From contig CP110439.1 in assembly GCA_026914245.1 (NCBI GenBank), forward strand, positions 3,348,001 through 3,412,000: a DNA stretch of 64,000 nucleotides. Direction: 5' to 3'. The position numbers and the translations under genes are program-made. The DNA comes from Puccinia triticina. Its lineage: Eukaryota. This document shows positions 1-12,500 of the stretch, piece by piece (position 1 is the first letter of the stretch; each line of letters begins with the position of its first letter). The notes beneath the pieces were generated by a model. It was not told the DNA's origin, made no database searches, and saw only the letters and a list, made by a program, of their open reading frames with translations.

Positions 1-202
1 GATGCACTTCCATCATGAAGGCCTTGCGTCAAGTATGTGCCAACGGCGGACTCGGACGCAAGGCCTGCATTGGAAGAAATGCCGACTGCGGCACTGACAG
101 CCTCCCATGTTGAGACATCAGGTCGGCCACCAAAACAGTTTGGTGGCTGTAGAAAGCAACAAAAAAAGGAACAACTCCCTCTTTTCTATTAATCTCATCT
201 AT

Positions 203-391
203 TTAAATCTCAATCTTGTCTTGATTCAAAAGAGCAGTCACTCTTGCTCTTAGGTACATATATGATAAATTTTTATCATTATTTTGCACTCTCATCAAAT
301 TATCTTTGTTATAGTCTAAGGAGTGAATCTTGGTCCTCTCAAATTTCTCATTTTTGACCAGGCCTGTCATTTGATCCATACATTTTTCCAT
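203..391 (-). pseudogene. Possible degenerate Ty1/Copia RNase H remnant
   Basis: Translation NEKFERTKIHSLDY...RVQNNDKNLSYM loosely follows the Copia RNase H pattern N..FH.RTKHID.RY..IRE.V.N..I.L.Y; highly decayed. Confidence 0.3.
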
Positions 392-1512
392 CTGTTTGCC
401 TCTGGGGATGTCAGAGGATTTACTTTCCTTTTGAACTTTGTGTTTTCTTATCCATAACTATATACAGCTTTTTGGGAATGGCTGAACAGTTGAGGTAGTC
501 ACACCACTTGGCCAACTTTGAAACCTCCTAATATCCTAGGGGCCTGTGACGGGTGGTATCCTCTTTGGGGTGATCCTGGGTTATCTGGGGGTGTGGTTTT
601 GGTTGTCTGAAGTCTGTGTATCCTCCTGATGCAAGGGGGATCCTGACTTCAAAAAATTCCACAGTTTGCTTATGTAATTACATATATACATGTGGTTGGC
701 GTGCCTCGTAGCGCTTACACATCACACCTGTGCATGTGCGCCACAACTCAAGAACTCTGGGAAGGAGTAGAGTTACAAAGAAGTGCTAAGTTGTAAGTAG
801 GGTTAAAATTGCATGGGGAAACAGAATCTGCAGTCAAAACAAGGATATATCTTAAGATGAAAAAGACATGAAGTAATTCATAGAAAAGGCAGACTTTAGG
901 TCAGCTGCGCTTACTCTAAGGCTGACACTTTTGGACAACTGTTGAACCCTAGCAATATCACAGAGCGGCCATTTGGAGGAGTGATCCATTGGGCCAGGCC
1001 ACCTTTAAAGATTTCTCCTTGCCCAAACCAAACCCAGCTGGGCTTGGGCGGCTCATCAGCAAGCACACCCAATAGCCATGCCTAGTTCACCTTAGCATGG
1101 TATGCCCCGGCAGTCCGTGTGCGGGTCATGGACCGCAAGAAAGCCCCGTCCCACAGGGCATTCCCTGGCGGCTGTGGAATGGGTTCTAGTGCTACTTCCA
1201 GGTCTTCTTTCTTGGCATTCGCAAGCACATCAGGGTTGGTGGGAGGCTCACGCTGTGTGGGTTTGACAATTTTGGCTATCTCAGACTGCGGGCTTAGAGG
1301 GCTCAAAGGAAGTGTTGTTACGCGGCTTGCCTGCCATGGGAAACTGGAATTCTGTGTTGTCCAATGAAGCTTTTGAGACGTTGGGTGTTGACTCTCCCAG
1401 CTGAGAGGGATCGTCAAAATTGTCAAGCGGATAAATTGCTGAGGCTTTTCAATCAGTGATTGGGTGTTGGCTATAGTATCAGGCAAGGTTGATTGTTTGG
1501 TGATGTCAACTC

Positions 1513-1843
1513 TGTTAGAATTCTAGCCACTCTCAGTCTTAATTATTTTATTATCTTTATTTTAAAATTATAGTTAATTAAGACTTGTAGCTCTTAATTT
1601 CACTCAAAGTTAAACTAGACGTGTAGATCTAGCAAATATTATTTAGAACTGTAGTTCTACATCTTCATGTTTATTTTGGACGTGTAGCTTCTAAAATCCT
1701 TGAGACATGTAGTTCTCAATTTTTTTCATCTGTCACAAGTGTGACATGTTGTTTTAGTTCTTATAGTCTTCTGACGTCATTGTAATTGAAGCATTATTTC
1801 TTGTTGACCACCTCAAGATTAATCCAAGTATATTAAAGCTTCA
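1513..1843 (+). mobile_element. LTR-like AT-rich segment (Copia-type?)
   Basis: Starts TGTTAGAA and ends ...GCTTCA, with internal GTAG(A/T/C)TCT repeats; no matching TSD found. Confidence 0.3.
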
Positions 1844-2685
1844 GGTTTGTAGAAAAAAAAATCAAGGGTTTCCCCTACAATTAAGTAAATCACAAAAAAA
1901 AAAATCAAAGGTTCCCCCATTTACAAAAAAAGCACCGTGGCCCAACACCCATTCCTGTCTAGCAGGGTTAAAAAGCGTTGGGAAGAAGACCCCCAGCCCT
2001 AAAGCACAGGGGGGTCCCCAAATATCCCTTGCCAGACTGCGCAAATGCAACAGCGGACAAGGGTGAGACGACCCCCGGACTGGAATTACAGCCCGTGAGT
2101 TGCCTGGGGATTTAACATCCAACACTGGCCGCTTTTTATAGACCTCCCCTGCTCACCCACACCATTGACAAACACACGACTAAGCACACCTACCCCCCCC
2201 ACCCCGGCCCTGACAACAAACCAGCCCACCCAGGCAAAGACACAACCATTATTGTGGTTACTACCCACAAGCAGCGCCGCCGCCTTCGCCACGCCACCTC
2301 AACGCCTTTGCCTCAAGAAGACCACCAACACCTTCTGACCTGCCTCTTCTAGACACCCGGCTCTGGCCCAGCAGCGCGATGATAAACAGGCCCCCGACTC
2401 TGCTGATTGCTCCCCTGCTGGCCTCGATACCCTGAGTTGCTCCACCCTTCTCCACCCTTGAGTCCGTCGTTTGGCCGAATACCGCCACCAACCCTTGCAA
2501 GGGTCAGTACCGCATGGGCCTTGATCTTTCTGGCTATGAAAAGTTCCGCTGTCTCTCTCCCTCTCTCTCTCTCGTTTGTGCACAGCAGCAAGACGGTCTG
2601 ACAATCTGCATTTCTCCTTCTCCAGCAGCAGGCCCAGGGGTCAACCGCGAGCCAGCCAGACAAGTTTGATCTATTCAGCTCGACG

Positions 2686-3672
2686 TTGTCTCCGAGCGAT
2701 CCGAACCAGGAAGGCAAGTTCAAGTACGGGTTCCAGGCCTCTTGGTTCACCTCTACTTCGAGCTCCTCCAACGAGCTCGCCCCTGCAGCAGCAGCAGCAC
2801 ACCTTCTTTGCCCCGAAGTTTCCCTCGCTCGTCGACCGCATCACGCCCCCCGACATCCTCAGCGCAATGGTTCAAACTTCGAGATCTGGGAGAAGGGGAT
2901 CAATCAAACGCTGCAAAACGTCTTCCATATCAATAAGTTCACATCGGCAGAAAGCAACTTCACCAGCCGCCTCGTCGACGAGCAGAACTCGATTTCCCGG
3001 CTCCCTCGGTCCACCGTCCATTTGGATATCCTTGCCCTCATTGACAGCACCGATGAAGAGGACCCCTACTCAATTTTCGCGCTGCTCGAACAGAAATACA
3101 GCCCATCCGTCTGTCAACGCAAGTTATCCCTGGCCAAGCAAATGTGTGCCCTCGTTGGGAACAAGGGCCCAGGCTCGGAGGCCACCTTCGCCGAATCAAT
3201 CCGGGTCACAGTCGAGCTCAAGCAACTTAAAGTCACCGTCAACGAGCTGGTGGGATTGTTGCTCCAGACCTCCTTTGTTGCGCCCATTGGTGTCGACACT
3301 GAAACGTTTGCGTCCTCCGTGGAACAAAGCCTCAAAGGGAAAGAAGCTCCTTCATTCAACAACGTTTTCACAAGTATCCAAAAAGCAACAGTGAACCCAG
3401 AGCACAAGGCCTCTTCGGTCGCTGATGGATATTCTCCCATTGATCGAGATGCAGTACATGCCCGGGCATCCACCCCCGTTGCCGCCGCACCTCTCACCCC
3501 ATCGCCATCTCCACCCAGGACCCTCCCAGAGACGCTCTCGACAGCAGATGAAGCCCTAGATGCGCTTGCGTTTATTCCTATGTCGGCATCCCACCGGCAG
3601 TGCTTGGATGAGCTCGTTTGTCGCGTAAGTCTTCTTTTTGTACGATTGTCTACTTTAAGAACTGGTTTTTAA
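2686..3672 (+). CDS. Retrotransposon gag-like ORF (328 aa), probably chimeric
   Basis: Open frame; core NFEIWEKGINQTLQNVF...IFALLEQKYS...RKLSLAKQM resembles the N-terminal gag region of fungal Copia elements; no pol follows. Confidence 0.45.
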   Translation: MSPSDPNQEGKFKYGFQASWFTSTSSSSNELAPAAAAAHLLCPEVSLARRPHHAPRHPQRNGSNFEIWEKGINQTLQNVFHINKFTSAESNFTSRLVDEQNSISRLPRSTVHLDILALIDSTDEEDPYSIFALLEQKYSPSVCQRKLSLAKQMCALVGNKGPGSEATFAESIRVTVELKQLKVTVNELVGLLLQTSFVAPIGVDTETFASSVEQSLKGKEAPSFNNVFTSIQKATVNPEHKASSVADGYSPIDRDAVHARASTPVAAAPLTPSPSPPRTLPETLSTADEALDALAFIPMSASHRQCLDELVCRVSLLFVRLSTLRTGF

Positions 3673-3724
3673 CCCGTCCTCATGCCGATAGATAATCCAG
3701 CTCGACCACTTCGATGGCACCCCC

Positions 3725-4210
3725 ATGGCCCACTCTGCCCGCGACCAGTGGCTCCAGGACGGTGTTGCCCCCGCCGCCGTCCAGCCGGACGTCTTGGAGA
3801 CTAAGCCCTCGACGAGCGTGGCGGTGTCGAGTCCCAGCAGCACGAGCAGCTCCAGCAAGGCCTCGTCGACCCGTGTCACCGCCGCCGCCGCCCCTGCTAC
3901 CCGAGACCACACTACCTCTGCTGCTGCTGCTGGTGCGACGTTGGGGGAGAAAAAGGAGCGCGAGGATATCCATTCCAAGATCTCATTCAGCGGCGGCCCG
4001 TCCTGCCTGCCTAGCTCGATTGCCGAGGCCCGCAAACGCTCCAAACAGATGCCCTACTTGGCTCCCACTGACTCAGAAAACCCCGGCGGCCTTAACAACA
4101 ACAGCAACAGCAACAGTGCCGCTGCTGCCGCCGGAGGCGCCGGCGTTGGTGGTGGTGGTGGCGGCGTACAAGTGGGCAATGCTATGCAGTGTCTTGATTG
4201 CCAAACTACG
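3725..4210 (+). pseudogene. Low-complexity gene fragment ending in a CxxC half zinc finger (GATA-like QCLDCQTT)
   Basis: GC-rich coding-like frame with S/A/N/G runs, then QCLDCQTT and a GTAAAT splice donor at 4211; no convincing downstream exon. Confidence 0.3.
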
Positions 4211-7078
4211 GTAAATATACCTTCCTCCTCCTTTTTTTTTGTGTGGATAGTTTTTTTTTGATGTTCAGGACCCATGTGATTGGGACAAAAACATAATAAT
4301 CAATGAATGTTGAACGTGAGCTATAACATACTTAATTCAACCTTCTTCTAGGCTACTCAGGATTGCCTTGTTAGTGCTGCTACGTGGTGATGCCACTGTT
4401 CAAGTAGCATGATCACGTCTTGTTGAATAATCAAAATCAAATTTGAAACCCAAATGTGTTTTTTGACCTCATTAAACTCAGCGCCTTGTCAAACAAGTAA
4501 GATGAGATAATAAATGTTTAATTACACAGCTAACTTGCTGGATGTCTTGCTTTAAGGCCATTGGGTGCTGAGATCAACAACTGAGGTTGGCTGGATGGCA
4601 TTGCCCTCCTGAACTGTAAACTTTCAGCAATGAATGAGATGAGCATGGTCACAATCTTGATATTTCTGACTGCCTTTGGAGTGAGAAATTGAAGTTGGGT
4701 AGCATTGATGTCAGGATGGTTTTTTGTGTAATATGACTTGCCATTGTGGTTCAATCTGAGAACCCATCAAGTTAGGGCATAGTTGTGGAAATATTTCACT
4801 TGTTGAGGACCCAAGGTAAAAGTGGTTAAATGTTGCTACTTGGTGTGTTTGGGACGGCATCAAGCCAGTACAGTGCGTGATTGTGGAGCAGGCTTAGTTT
4901 CAACGTTGGGAGTCTGTAAAAAAAAGACCTGTAATCAAATCCAAGTACTGAGTACCTAGGTAACAGGCAACACAAATAGTTTAAAAATGAAGGAATCTTC
5001 TCCTTTAAGCTGCAAGAGACAGTGCAAGCATGCAGTGATGGCTGTGAGTACTGGGACAATAATTACTTATCTCAAGCACTCTCTGAGGAAAGAAGCATTT
5101 ATCAATTGAGTCTATCAATGCAAGTGGACTTTAGAAATGTAGATTTTCTCTGGTTAATGTTGAGTGTTTGGTTGCAAGTGTTTGTCAAAGCTCTTTTCTG
5201 CATAAGCTCATTTACTGTCAAAGTGTTTCTCAAATGTTTTAACTTTTAAGTAGCCCATGGGTTCTAAAACCAAGTTATGGCTAGGTGTGATAAATTAAAA
5301 CTAATCATTTCATGAAGTTTGATTGCAAATTAAGTCAAATATCAGAGGGAAACATGATTCTAGAAGAACTGGGGCATGGTGAAATGTCTTAATTCAAATA
5401 GTGATAAAAATGATTTAATTGCAGCTTAAGGACAAGAGAGAGCTTGTCTGATTAAGAATGCCAATATACTACTTCAAGTTAGATGTAGCCCAATTGATCC
5501 TTAAGCAGGGGATTCTCAACTCAGGGCGCCCAGTGGCATCAAGGCACTGCAGCGGCGCAGCTGCCTTGGTCTCTAGTCAAGATAATAAATTTCCAAGAGC
5601 TCCTCTTTCAAAATTTCTTCTTCATCCTCTTCTCAATCCAACAACGTGTCTTTAAATCTAACAAACTCATTTCTGTTGTCCTTGCATTAATAATTCATCC
5701 AGCACAACAACAACCAGTTGACGTGACCTAACAAAAGTTTTTGCCTATTAGCCAATGCCCAATGATTCCTGCCAAAGCCCGCGATGCATCCCCTTGACAA
5801 TTCTGACGATCCATATCAGCCGGGAGAGCCAACCCCCGGTGTCTCAAAAGTTTCCTTTGACTAGCGCTGGAGCTTGCGGGGTACCTGAGCATTTTACCCC
5901 ATCCTGGGCCCCGCCCGGCGGGTATGATCGAGTGCCGGGTACTCAAATGATACCAACCGGACCCTACTCGCGGGTATTCGGAGAGTCCCGCGGGTACCCG
6001 GGTGGCTGTGCAGTCCACGAGTATACCCGGCTGACCAAGGCTATAACCGACAGGCTGGCGGGTATACCCGCCACCCGGTGAAAAATTCAGAGATCCGCCG
6101 CGGAAAGACAACGATCCACCCCCACCCAGTTGATCTATCCCTCTACATGTGCTCGGAAAAACCTTGAACTCTCTATTTTTTTCAATTAATTAAGGGTCTT
6201 GGAAAAATAACTCCCAAGTTTTGGGAAAACGACTCCCATACGTCCGCGCAACCGTTTTTCGACCACCGCTAGACGTCGACCTAGACCCTTTTTTTGGGTA
6301 CGGCTTTTTTGGGAGTTGTCGACCCAAAAAATTATTTTTTTGGGAGTCGTCCCCACTAATGGATGACTTCCCGTCGTCATTTAGAGAGCTATAGATGCCC
6401 CTCTAAATCCTAAATTAAAACACCTATCAAAAAATCAACCAGTGCACATGAAATCAATAAATTGTAGGGTTGGGAAAACACTTCTCTTTTTGTCAAAAAT
6501 TAAGAATTTGGGTGTGTAAATTGAGATCTGGGAGGCTCTCAGACTCGACGGGAAGTCGTCCAATTTTTTGTATCATTTTTTAGGGGCAGGCTTTAGGCAC
6601 GCCAAAAAATTCCCAGATGCACGACAAAAAAGGCGTGCACTCCTGACCACTCCAAGATTTTTGGAGTGCAGGATGGTTTACTCCAAAACCAGCCCCCATT
6701 TGGAGTGCACAACCCTGCACTCCAGGTGGTATGGAGTGAACACCCCGCCACGCCAAAACCAGCCCTCAGCTTACCTCAACCGCCGGTCTGCGGCGGCTAC
6801 ACATGTCCCTCTCAATGACCGGGACCAACCGGTCATTGAGAGGACAAACACAGCACTCTTGATGACCGGGACCAACTGGTCATCAAGAGGACAAACACAC
6901 CCCTCTCGATGACCGGGACGGACCGGTCATCAAGAGGACACACCCCTCTTGATGACCGGCACAGACCGGTCATTGAGAGGACAAACACACCCTTCTCGAT
7001 GACCGGGACGGACCGGTCATTGAGAGGACGCCAGTCATCAAGAGGACACAACCCCTCTTGATGACCGGGAAAGTCCGG

Positions 7079-8118
7079 TGTGGTGGCCCCTCTCGTGGCC
7101 AGCTATTCAGGAGCATCACCGCCGCCAGCAGGATCATCAAGACTCAAGTTTATTTTCACTTCCCAAGACTCAATTTCCACGCTGGGGTGGACAGAAATCC
7201 GTCATTGGGTCCCGCGACTCAATGAAAGTTGATTAGGTAATCCAACATTGGGTCCCGCGACTCAATGAAAGTTGATTAGGTAATCCGACATTGGGTCTTG
7301 CGACTCAATGAAAGTTATGGTGCAGTCCCGACTCCCCAGGCCTCAAGATCTCTTCTCATCACATTTCCACCTTCAACTGGCTCCCCTATCTCTCCTTTTC
7401 CTTCTGTCCATTTTCCCATCTCCCTTCCTTCTCAGTTCCCCATGCCTCTTCAGCTTTCTTGGTCCTAACACAGCGCCTGATGTGGGTTTATTTCCTTGTT
7501 TGTTTCTGATTTCTTTCTCTTCTGTTTGTTCTGCCTGTCTTGAGTGTTTTCTGTTTTCTCTTTCCTCTTTTTATTTTCCTCCCTCTGGTTCTTTTCTTCC
7601 TGACTCATCACGCTGTGTTTTCCTTAATTTTCCCTTGTGTTGTTTCCTTTCTTCTTTTTTATCTTGTTTGTTGTGAGTGTGTGCGCGTGTAGCGCGCGGA
7701 GGATGTGATGAAATGTATGTGACATGTCGCCCGGAGTCCAAGTTCAGCTCAAACTTGGATGATGGGTGGCCATGGCATTCTGATCCCCGGAATACGGACC
7801 ATCACTGAGCTTATAGATCCTATCTTCAGAGTTTCAACTTACGGGCTCCGCCCGCCGATCATCCTTCATCAGAGTTTTCCGGATCTTTTTCCTTCCTCTT
7901 CCTTAAGATCACATCTCCCTTCCCCTCAAACAAAACAACCGCCGCCGAGGATCCAAACCCCCGGCGAACTTCTCAAAACCACCCAAAACCCAATAGCTAT
8001 CCCTGATCCCCCCCATTTTCAGCGCTCATCACCACGGACCACCCAGCCACGAGGGCAGCCTAAACAGCACCCATCCCCTCACACGACTGCCTCCGCTTGT
8101 ATGGACAGGAGTCTCTCA
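7079..8118 (+). mobile_element. Solo LTR-like element, TGTGGT family
   Basis: TGTGGT...GGAGTCTCTCA; 4-bp TSD CCGG (7075-7078 and 8119-8122); internal and 3' motifs are homologous to 58951-59962. Confidence 0.75.
7203..7316 (+). repeat. 43-bp tandem repeat (about 2.7 copies) inside the solo LTR
   Basis: CATTGGGTCCCGCGACTCAATGAAAGTTGATTAGGTAATCCAA starts at 7203, 7246 and 7289. Confidence 0.9.
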
Positions 8119-9518
8119 CCGGCCATTGAGAGGACAAACCCCTTGATGACCAGGAAAGACCGGCCATCAAGAGGACAAACCCCCCCTCGATGACCGGGAC
8201 AGACTGGACCGGTTATCAAGGGACACAGCTCTTGATGACCGGTCTGTGCCGGTCATCAAGAGGGGCTTTGTCCTCTCGATGACCAGTCTGTGCCGGTCAT
8301 CAAGAGGGGCTTTGTCCTCTCGATGACCGGTCTGTGCCGGTCATCAAGAGGGGTGTGTCCTGTCGCTGACCGGTCCGTCCCGGTCATTGAGAGGGGTGTG
8401 TTTGTCCTCTTGATGACTGGTTGGTCCCGGTCATCAAGAGGGGTTGTGTCCTCTCAATGACCGGTCTGTGCCAGTCATCGAGAGGGGTGTGTCCTCTTGA
8501 TGACCGGTCCGTCCTGGTCATCGAGAGGGGTGTGTTTGTCCTCTTGATGACCGGTTGGTCCCGGTCATCAAGAGTGCTGTGTTTGTCCTCTCGATGACCG
8601 GTTGGTCCCGGTCATTGAGAGGGACATGTGTAGCCGCCGCAGACCGGCGGTTGAGGTAAGCTGAGGGCTGGTTTTGGCGTGGCGGGGTGTTCACTCCATA
8701 CCACCTGGAGTGCAGGGTTGTGCACTCCAAATGGGGGCTGGTTTTGGAGTAAACCATCCTGCACTCCAAAAATCTTGGAGTGGTCAGGAGTGCACGCCTT
8801 TTTTGGCGTGCATCTGGGAATTTTTTGGCGTGCCTAAAGCCTGCCCCTATTTTTTATTATTTTTAATATGTATAACTTTTTTGTTCCACGTACTAGAGAC
8901 ATAAAAATTTGAGAGCACAGAGAAACATACATAAAAAGACAATACTGAAAGTTTTAGCAGTATTGTCCCATCAGAAAATGAGATATAAGGGATGTGCACC
9001 AAAATTAGTAGGAAAATAACTGCTGACTGTGTAACTTTTGCGTTACACACCCAAAATGTCCACAAATTTCAGAGATATCTTAAGACTGCATAAAATCTGT
9101 GATATAAAATTTCTGGCATTATTGTTCCATCAGAACATGACACATAAGGGGCGTGCCAAATGCTCAGTGGGAAATGACTGCTAACTGTGTAACTTTTGTG
9201 TTACACACCCAAACAGTATAAAATTTTCAGGGATATTTCAAGACTGTAACTCCTCTGCGCTATAAGGTTTGTGGCATTAGTGTGCCATCAGAACATGAGA
9301 TATGAGGGGTGCAGCTCCACAATAGACATGCTCCCTACCAGCGCACAATTTGTACCTCATGTTTGATGACACAAACTCTCAGAGCTGCCAGAAATAATGT
9401 GGACAAGAAAATATAAAAAGTGTTTATTCAAAAAATACTAGAGAGGAATAATATTCACAATATTTATTCAAAAAAGACTAGAGCAACCACCAATACATGA
9501 AAACTACAAATGGAAATA

Positions 9519-12500
9519 CTAGTAAAATTTACCACTCTTGTCAGGAAAGAGGAGCTTTCTTCCACCTGTTTGAGCAAAACAATCAGAGTATCTTGCCTCC
9601 CAACCTCGTGCCTCTGGGTTGGCATTTAGCTTCCAGCTCTTTTGTAGGGAAGGGGCAGGGAAGACATCAGGGGAGGATAGTTCTAGGGCCACAAAGTGAT
9701 CAAGTTGCCGGATGAAAGCCAAGAAGATCGGGGGGTTTTGGTTAGGAGGGCAGAAGGAGGGAAGGAAAGTTTGAGACCACTCTTCAGTGAAATAAAAAAC
9801 TGGCCGTTGGAAAGTGTTGGCCAGTGCTTTGCCAGAGGAGGGCATCGCCATCCAATGAGCCATACCGCAACCTTTGGTACCGGAAAAGTTTATTCTGGCC
9901 AGAGTTGACTTGATGTTGTGAAAATTTCTCAACTTCACGTACCACTCGCCTTGTTTGCTGATTTTGTTGGCTAGAGCTTCTCGGACTGCACTCCAAGCAC
10001 CCTGACCATTCCCCAAGCACCATTCCACCGCGCGAAATCCACAATGGCCATCTGAATCGACATCAAGTATCCGCTTGACCGAGGTTCTGATGATGACTGG
10101 GAGTTGATTGAGCCAATTCAGTCGGTCGACTGGTTCTTTGGATGGTGGTGGGGGGACTGGAGCTGTTGGTGGTGGAGGGACTGGAGCTGTTGGCGGTGGA
10201 GGGACTCGCGTGGCTCGCGCGGCTCGCGGAGGAGGTACCCGGCTCGATTTTGGCGGAGGGGCGGGGGCAGACGAGGTTGATTGAGCAGGAGGGGAAGGTG
10301 GAGCTGGCTTCTTAGCGGTGGCGCGGGTCGGACGTTGCTGCGGAGGCGCGGGGGCAGACGAGGTTGATTGCAAAGGAGGGGAAGGGGAAGGCGGAGCTCG
10401 CATCTTCCAAGCAGTGCGGGACGTACGTTGCAGCGGAGGGGCGGCGGCAGACGAGGTGGAGCTCACAGGAGGGGAAGGGGAAGCTGGCTTCTTAGGCGCG
10501 ACGCGGACCGGTTTGAAGCGCTTTGTTGGGACTTGGGCTTTTGGCGGCGGAGGAGGAGGAAGCGCAGGTGAGGAGGGTGATGGTGATGGAGACGGCAACG
10601 GAGAAGGAGACAGAGCAACGTTCTTGGCGGTCTTTGACTTTTGGGCCGGGAGTTTCCTCTTCTTGGGCGCTGGTTCGTTCTTCTTCTCTTCTTGCTTCTT
10701 CTTCTTCTCCTCTTCTTTCTTCCTTTTTTGTTGCTCCTTCTCTTCTTTCTTCATTTGTTTCATTTATTCCTTATCCGCTTTTCTGGTTTCCGCTAGCTTC
10801 TGTTTCTTGGACTTCATCATTGCTCCTTCTTCATTCTTCCTTTTATTTTCAACGCGTTCAAAGGCGGAGGGGTCCCTTTTTGTAGTTTTTGGTTTGTTTG
10901 GCGTGCCTTTTGGACGTCCACGGGTGGTCTGAGCTTGTGTTGGTTCCTGGATCGTCACGACGGTTCCAGAGCCTTCCAATAGGCTGTTGATAGCTTGTAA
11001 CTGGGCCACCATCTGCGCGGGATTCATCTGCAGGAGCCTTTCGCGGATCCGGTCGACTTGCTTGATTTGGGTGAGATCAGCGTTGGTATCAAGAGCATGA
11101 AGATCCTGGGGGGAATGAAAAGACTCCAGTTAGTAAGGGAATGGCGCAGGGGAGGTTAAAAATTGGAGGGAGGGGTGGCAGAGGGGCAGTGGCAATGGCC
11201 GGACGAATGGGAGTCGACGGGAGTCGTTCTTCCAATCGAGGATCCGCGGCTGGGGGATTTGGGAGTCATTGGGAGTCGTTATCCCAATTGGCATGCCGCA
11301 CGGACGGAAAATGGGAGTCGTTCCTGTCCCTGGGGCACGCGGGGGTAAGAGCATCTCCACCCGGGGAGGTAAAAGTGGGTTGCTAAAACCCCGGGATGGC
11401 AACTCAATTCTTGCATATAGCAACCCGCGCGGCTCTGGCACACACCCTTGGTTGCTATAATCCAGAAGCACTCCAAGATGACCAAGTCATAAAATGGAGT
11501 TACAACCAACCTAATGAACAATACAGCCAGTCACCAATTGGCGATAGCTTGCAAAGGTCCCTAGGACCGGTATAGCCGGTCATCAATGGCTTGCCAAGCT
11601 CTTGATGACTGGTATAGCCGGTTTTTGATGGCTTGCTGCAAAGCTCTCAATGACCGGAATACATCGCCAGTCATTGATAGCTTCCAAAGCTTGAGCTTTC
11701 AAGGCTCTCAATTGGTATAGCCAATTGAGAGAGCTCGATGACTGTATATCCAGTCATCAAGAGAGCTCTCGATGAACGGTATAGTCAGTCATCAAGAGCT
11801 CTCTCGATGAACGGTATAGTCAGTCATCAAGAACGCTCTCAATAACCGGTGTAGCCAGTCATTGAGAGAGCTCTCAATGACCAGTATATACCAATTGAGA
11901 GAGCTCTTGATGACCAGTCATCAAGAGGGCTCTCAATGACCGGTATACCCAGTCATCAAGAGAGCTCTTGATCACCAGTATAGCCAGTCATTGAGAGCTT
12001 GCAATATTCTTGATGGTTGGTCATATGTGTAGCCGGTCATTGATTGCTTTTGATGCTCTCAATGACCGGGCAGACAGTTAGCAGGACAGCCAGTCATTGA
12101 TAGCTTGCAGTGCTCTCAATGACCAGTTTGGTGGAGGGTACATATTTGTAGTTATTCTAGGGTAGGTGTAGGCACTTCTGATGTGGGTAGGGAGGGGGGG
12201 ATGAGCTTGGGGAAGTTGCTATTGAGTTGCTAGTGGGTTGCCATACATAGCAACCCAATCGAGATTTTTAGCTCCCGAGCCAAAATAGAAACCCGTTTGG
12301 CACCCCGGGTGGGTGGTGTTTTTTGGGTTCGGGTTGGTAAACGCGGGATAGCAACCCGGTTTACCACCCTGGGTAGAGATGCTCTAAACGGGAGTCGTTG
12401 GAGAAAAATGGGAGTTGTCCGTGCAAAAATGGGAGTTGTCCGCGGAAAATGGGAGTCGTCATAGGAAAAATGGGAGTCGTCATAGGAAAAACGGGAGTTG

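Larger units (their letters stand above)
6583..8847. mobile_element. Non-autonomous foldback element with very long TIRs (MULE-type TSD)
   Basis: GGGGCAGGCTTTAGGCACGCC...GGCGTGCCTAAAGCCTGCCCC; the arms mirror each other over several hundred bp; 9-bp TSD CATTTTTTA / TATTTTTTA. Confidence 0.85.

Noticed and set aside
545..962. TGTGA...TCACA possible solo LTR
   Set aside because: Flanks GGGCC/GAGCG match only 3 of 5 and there is no second copy in the window.
4300..5450. Coding remnant on the minus strand
   Set aside because: Fragmented frames without a motif I can identify; probably a decayed TE.
6568..8904. Paired ORFs 6568-6912 (+) and 8518-8769 (-) with near-identical peptides
   Set aside because: They are by-products of the inverted arms of a foldback element; no protein motifs.
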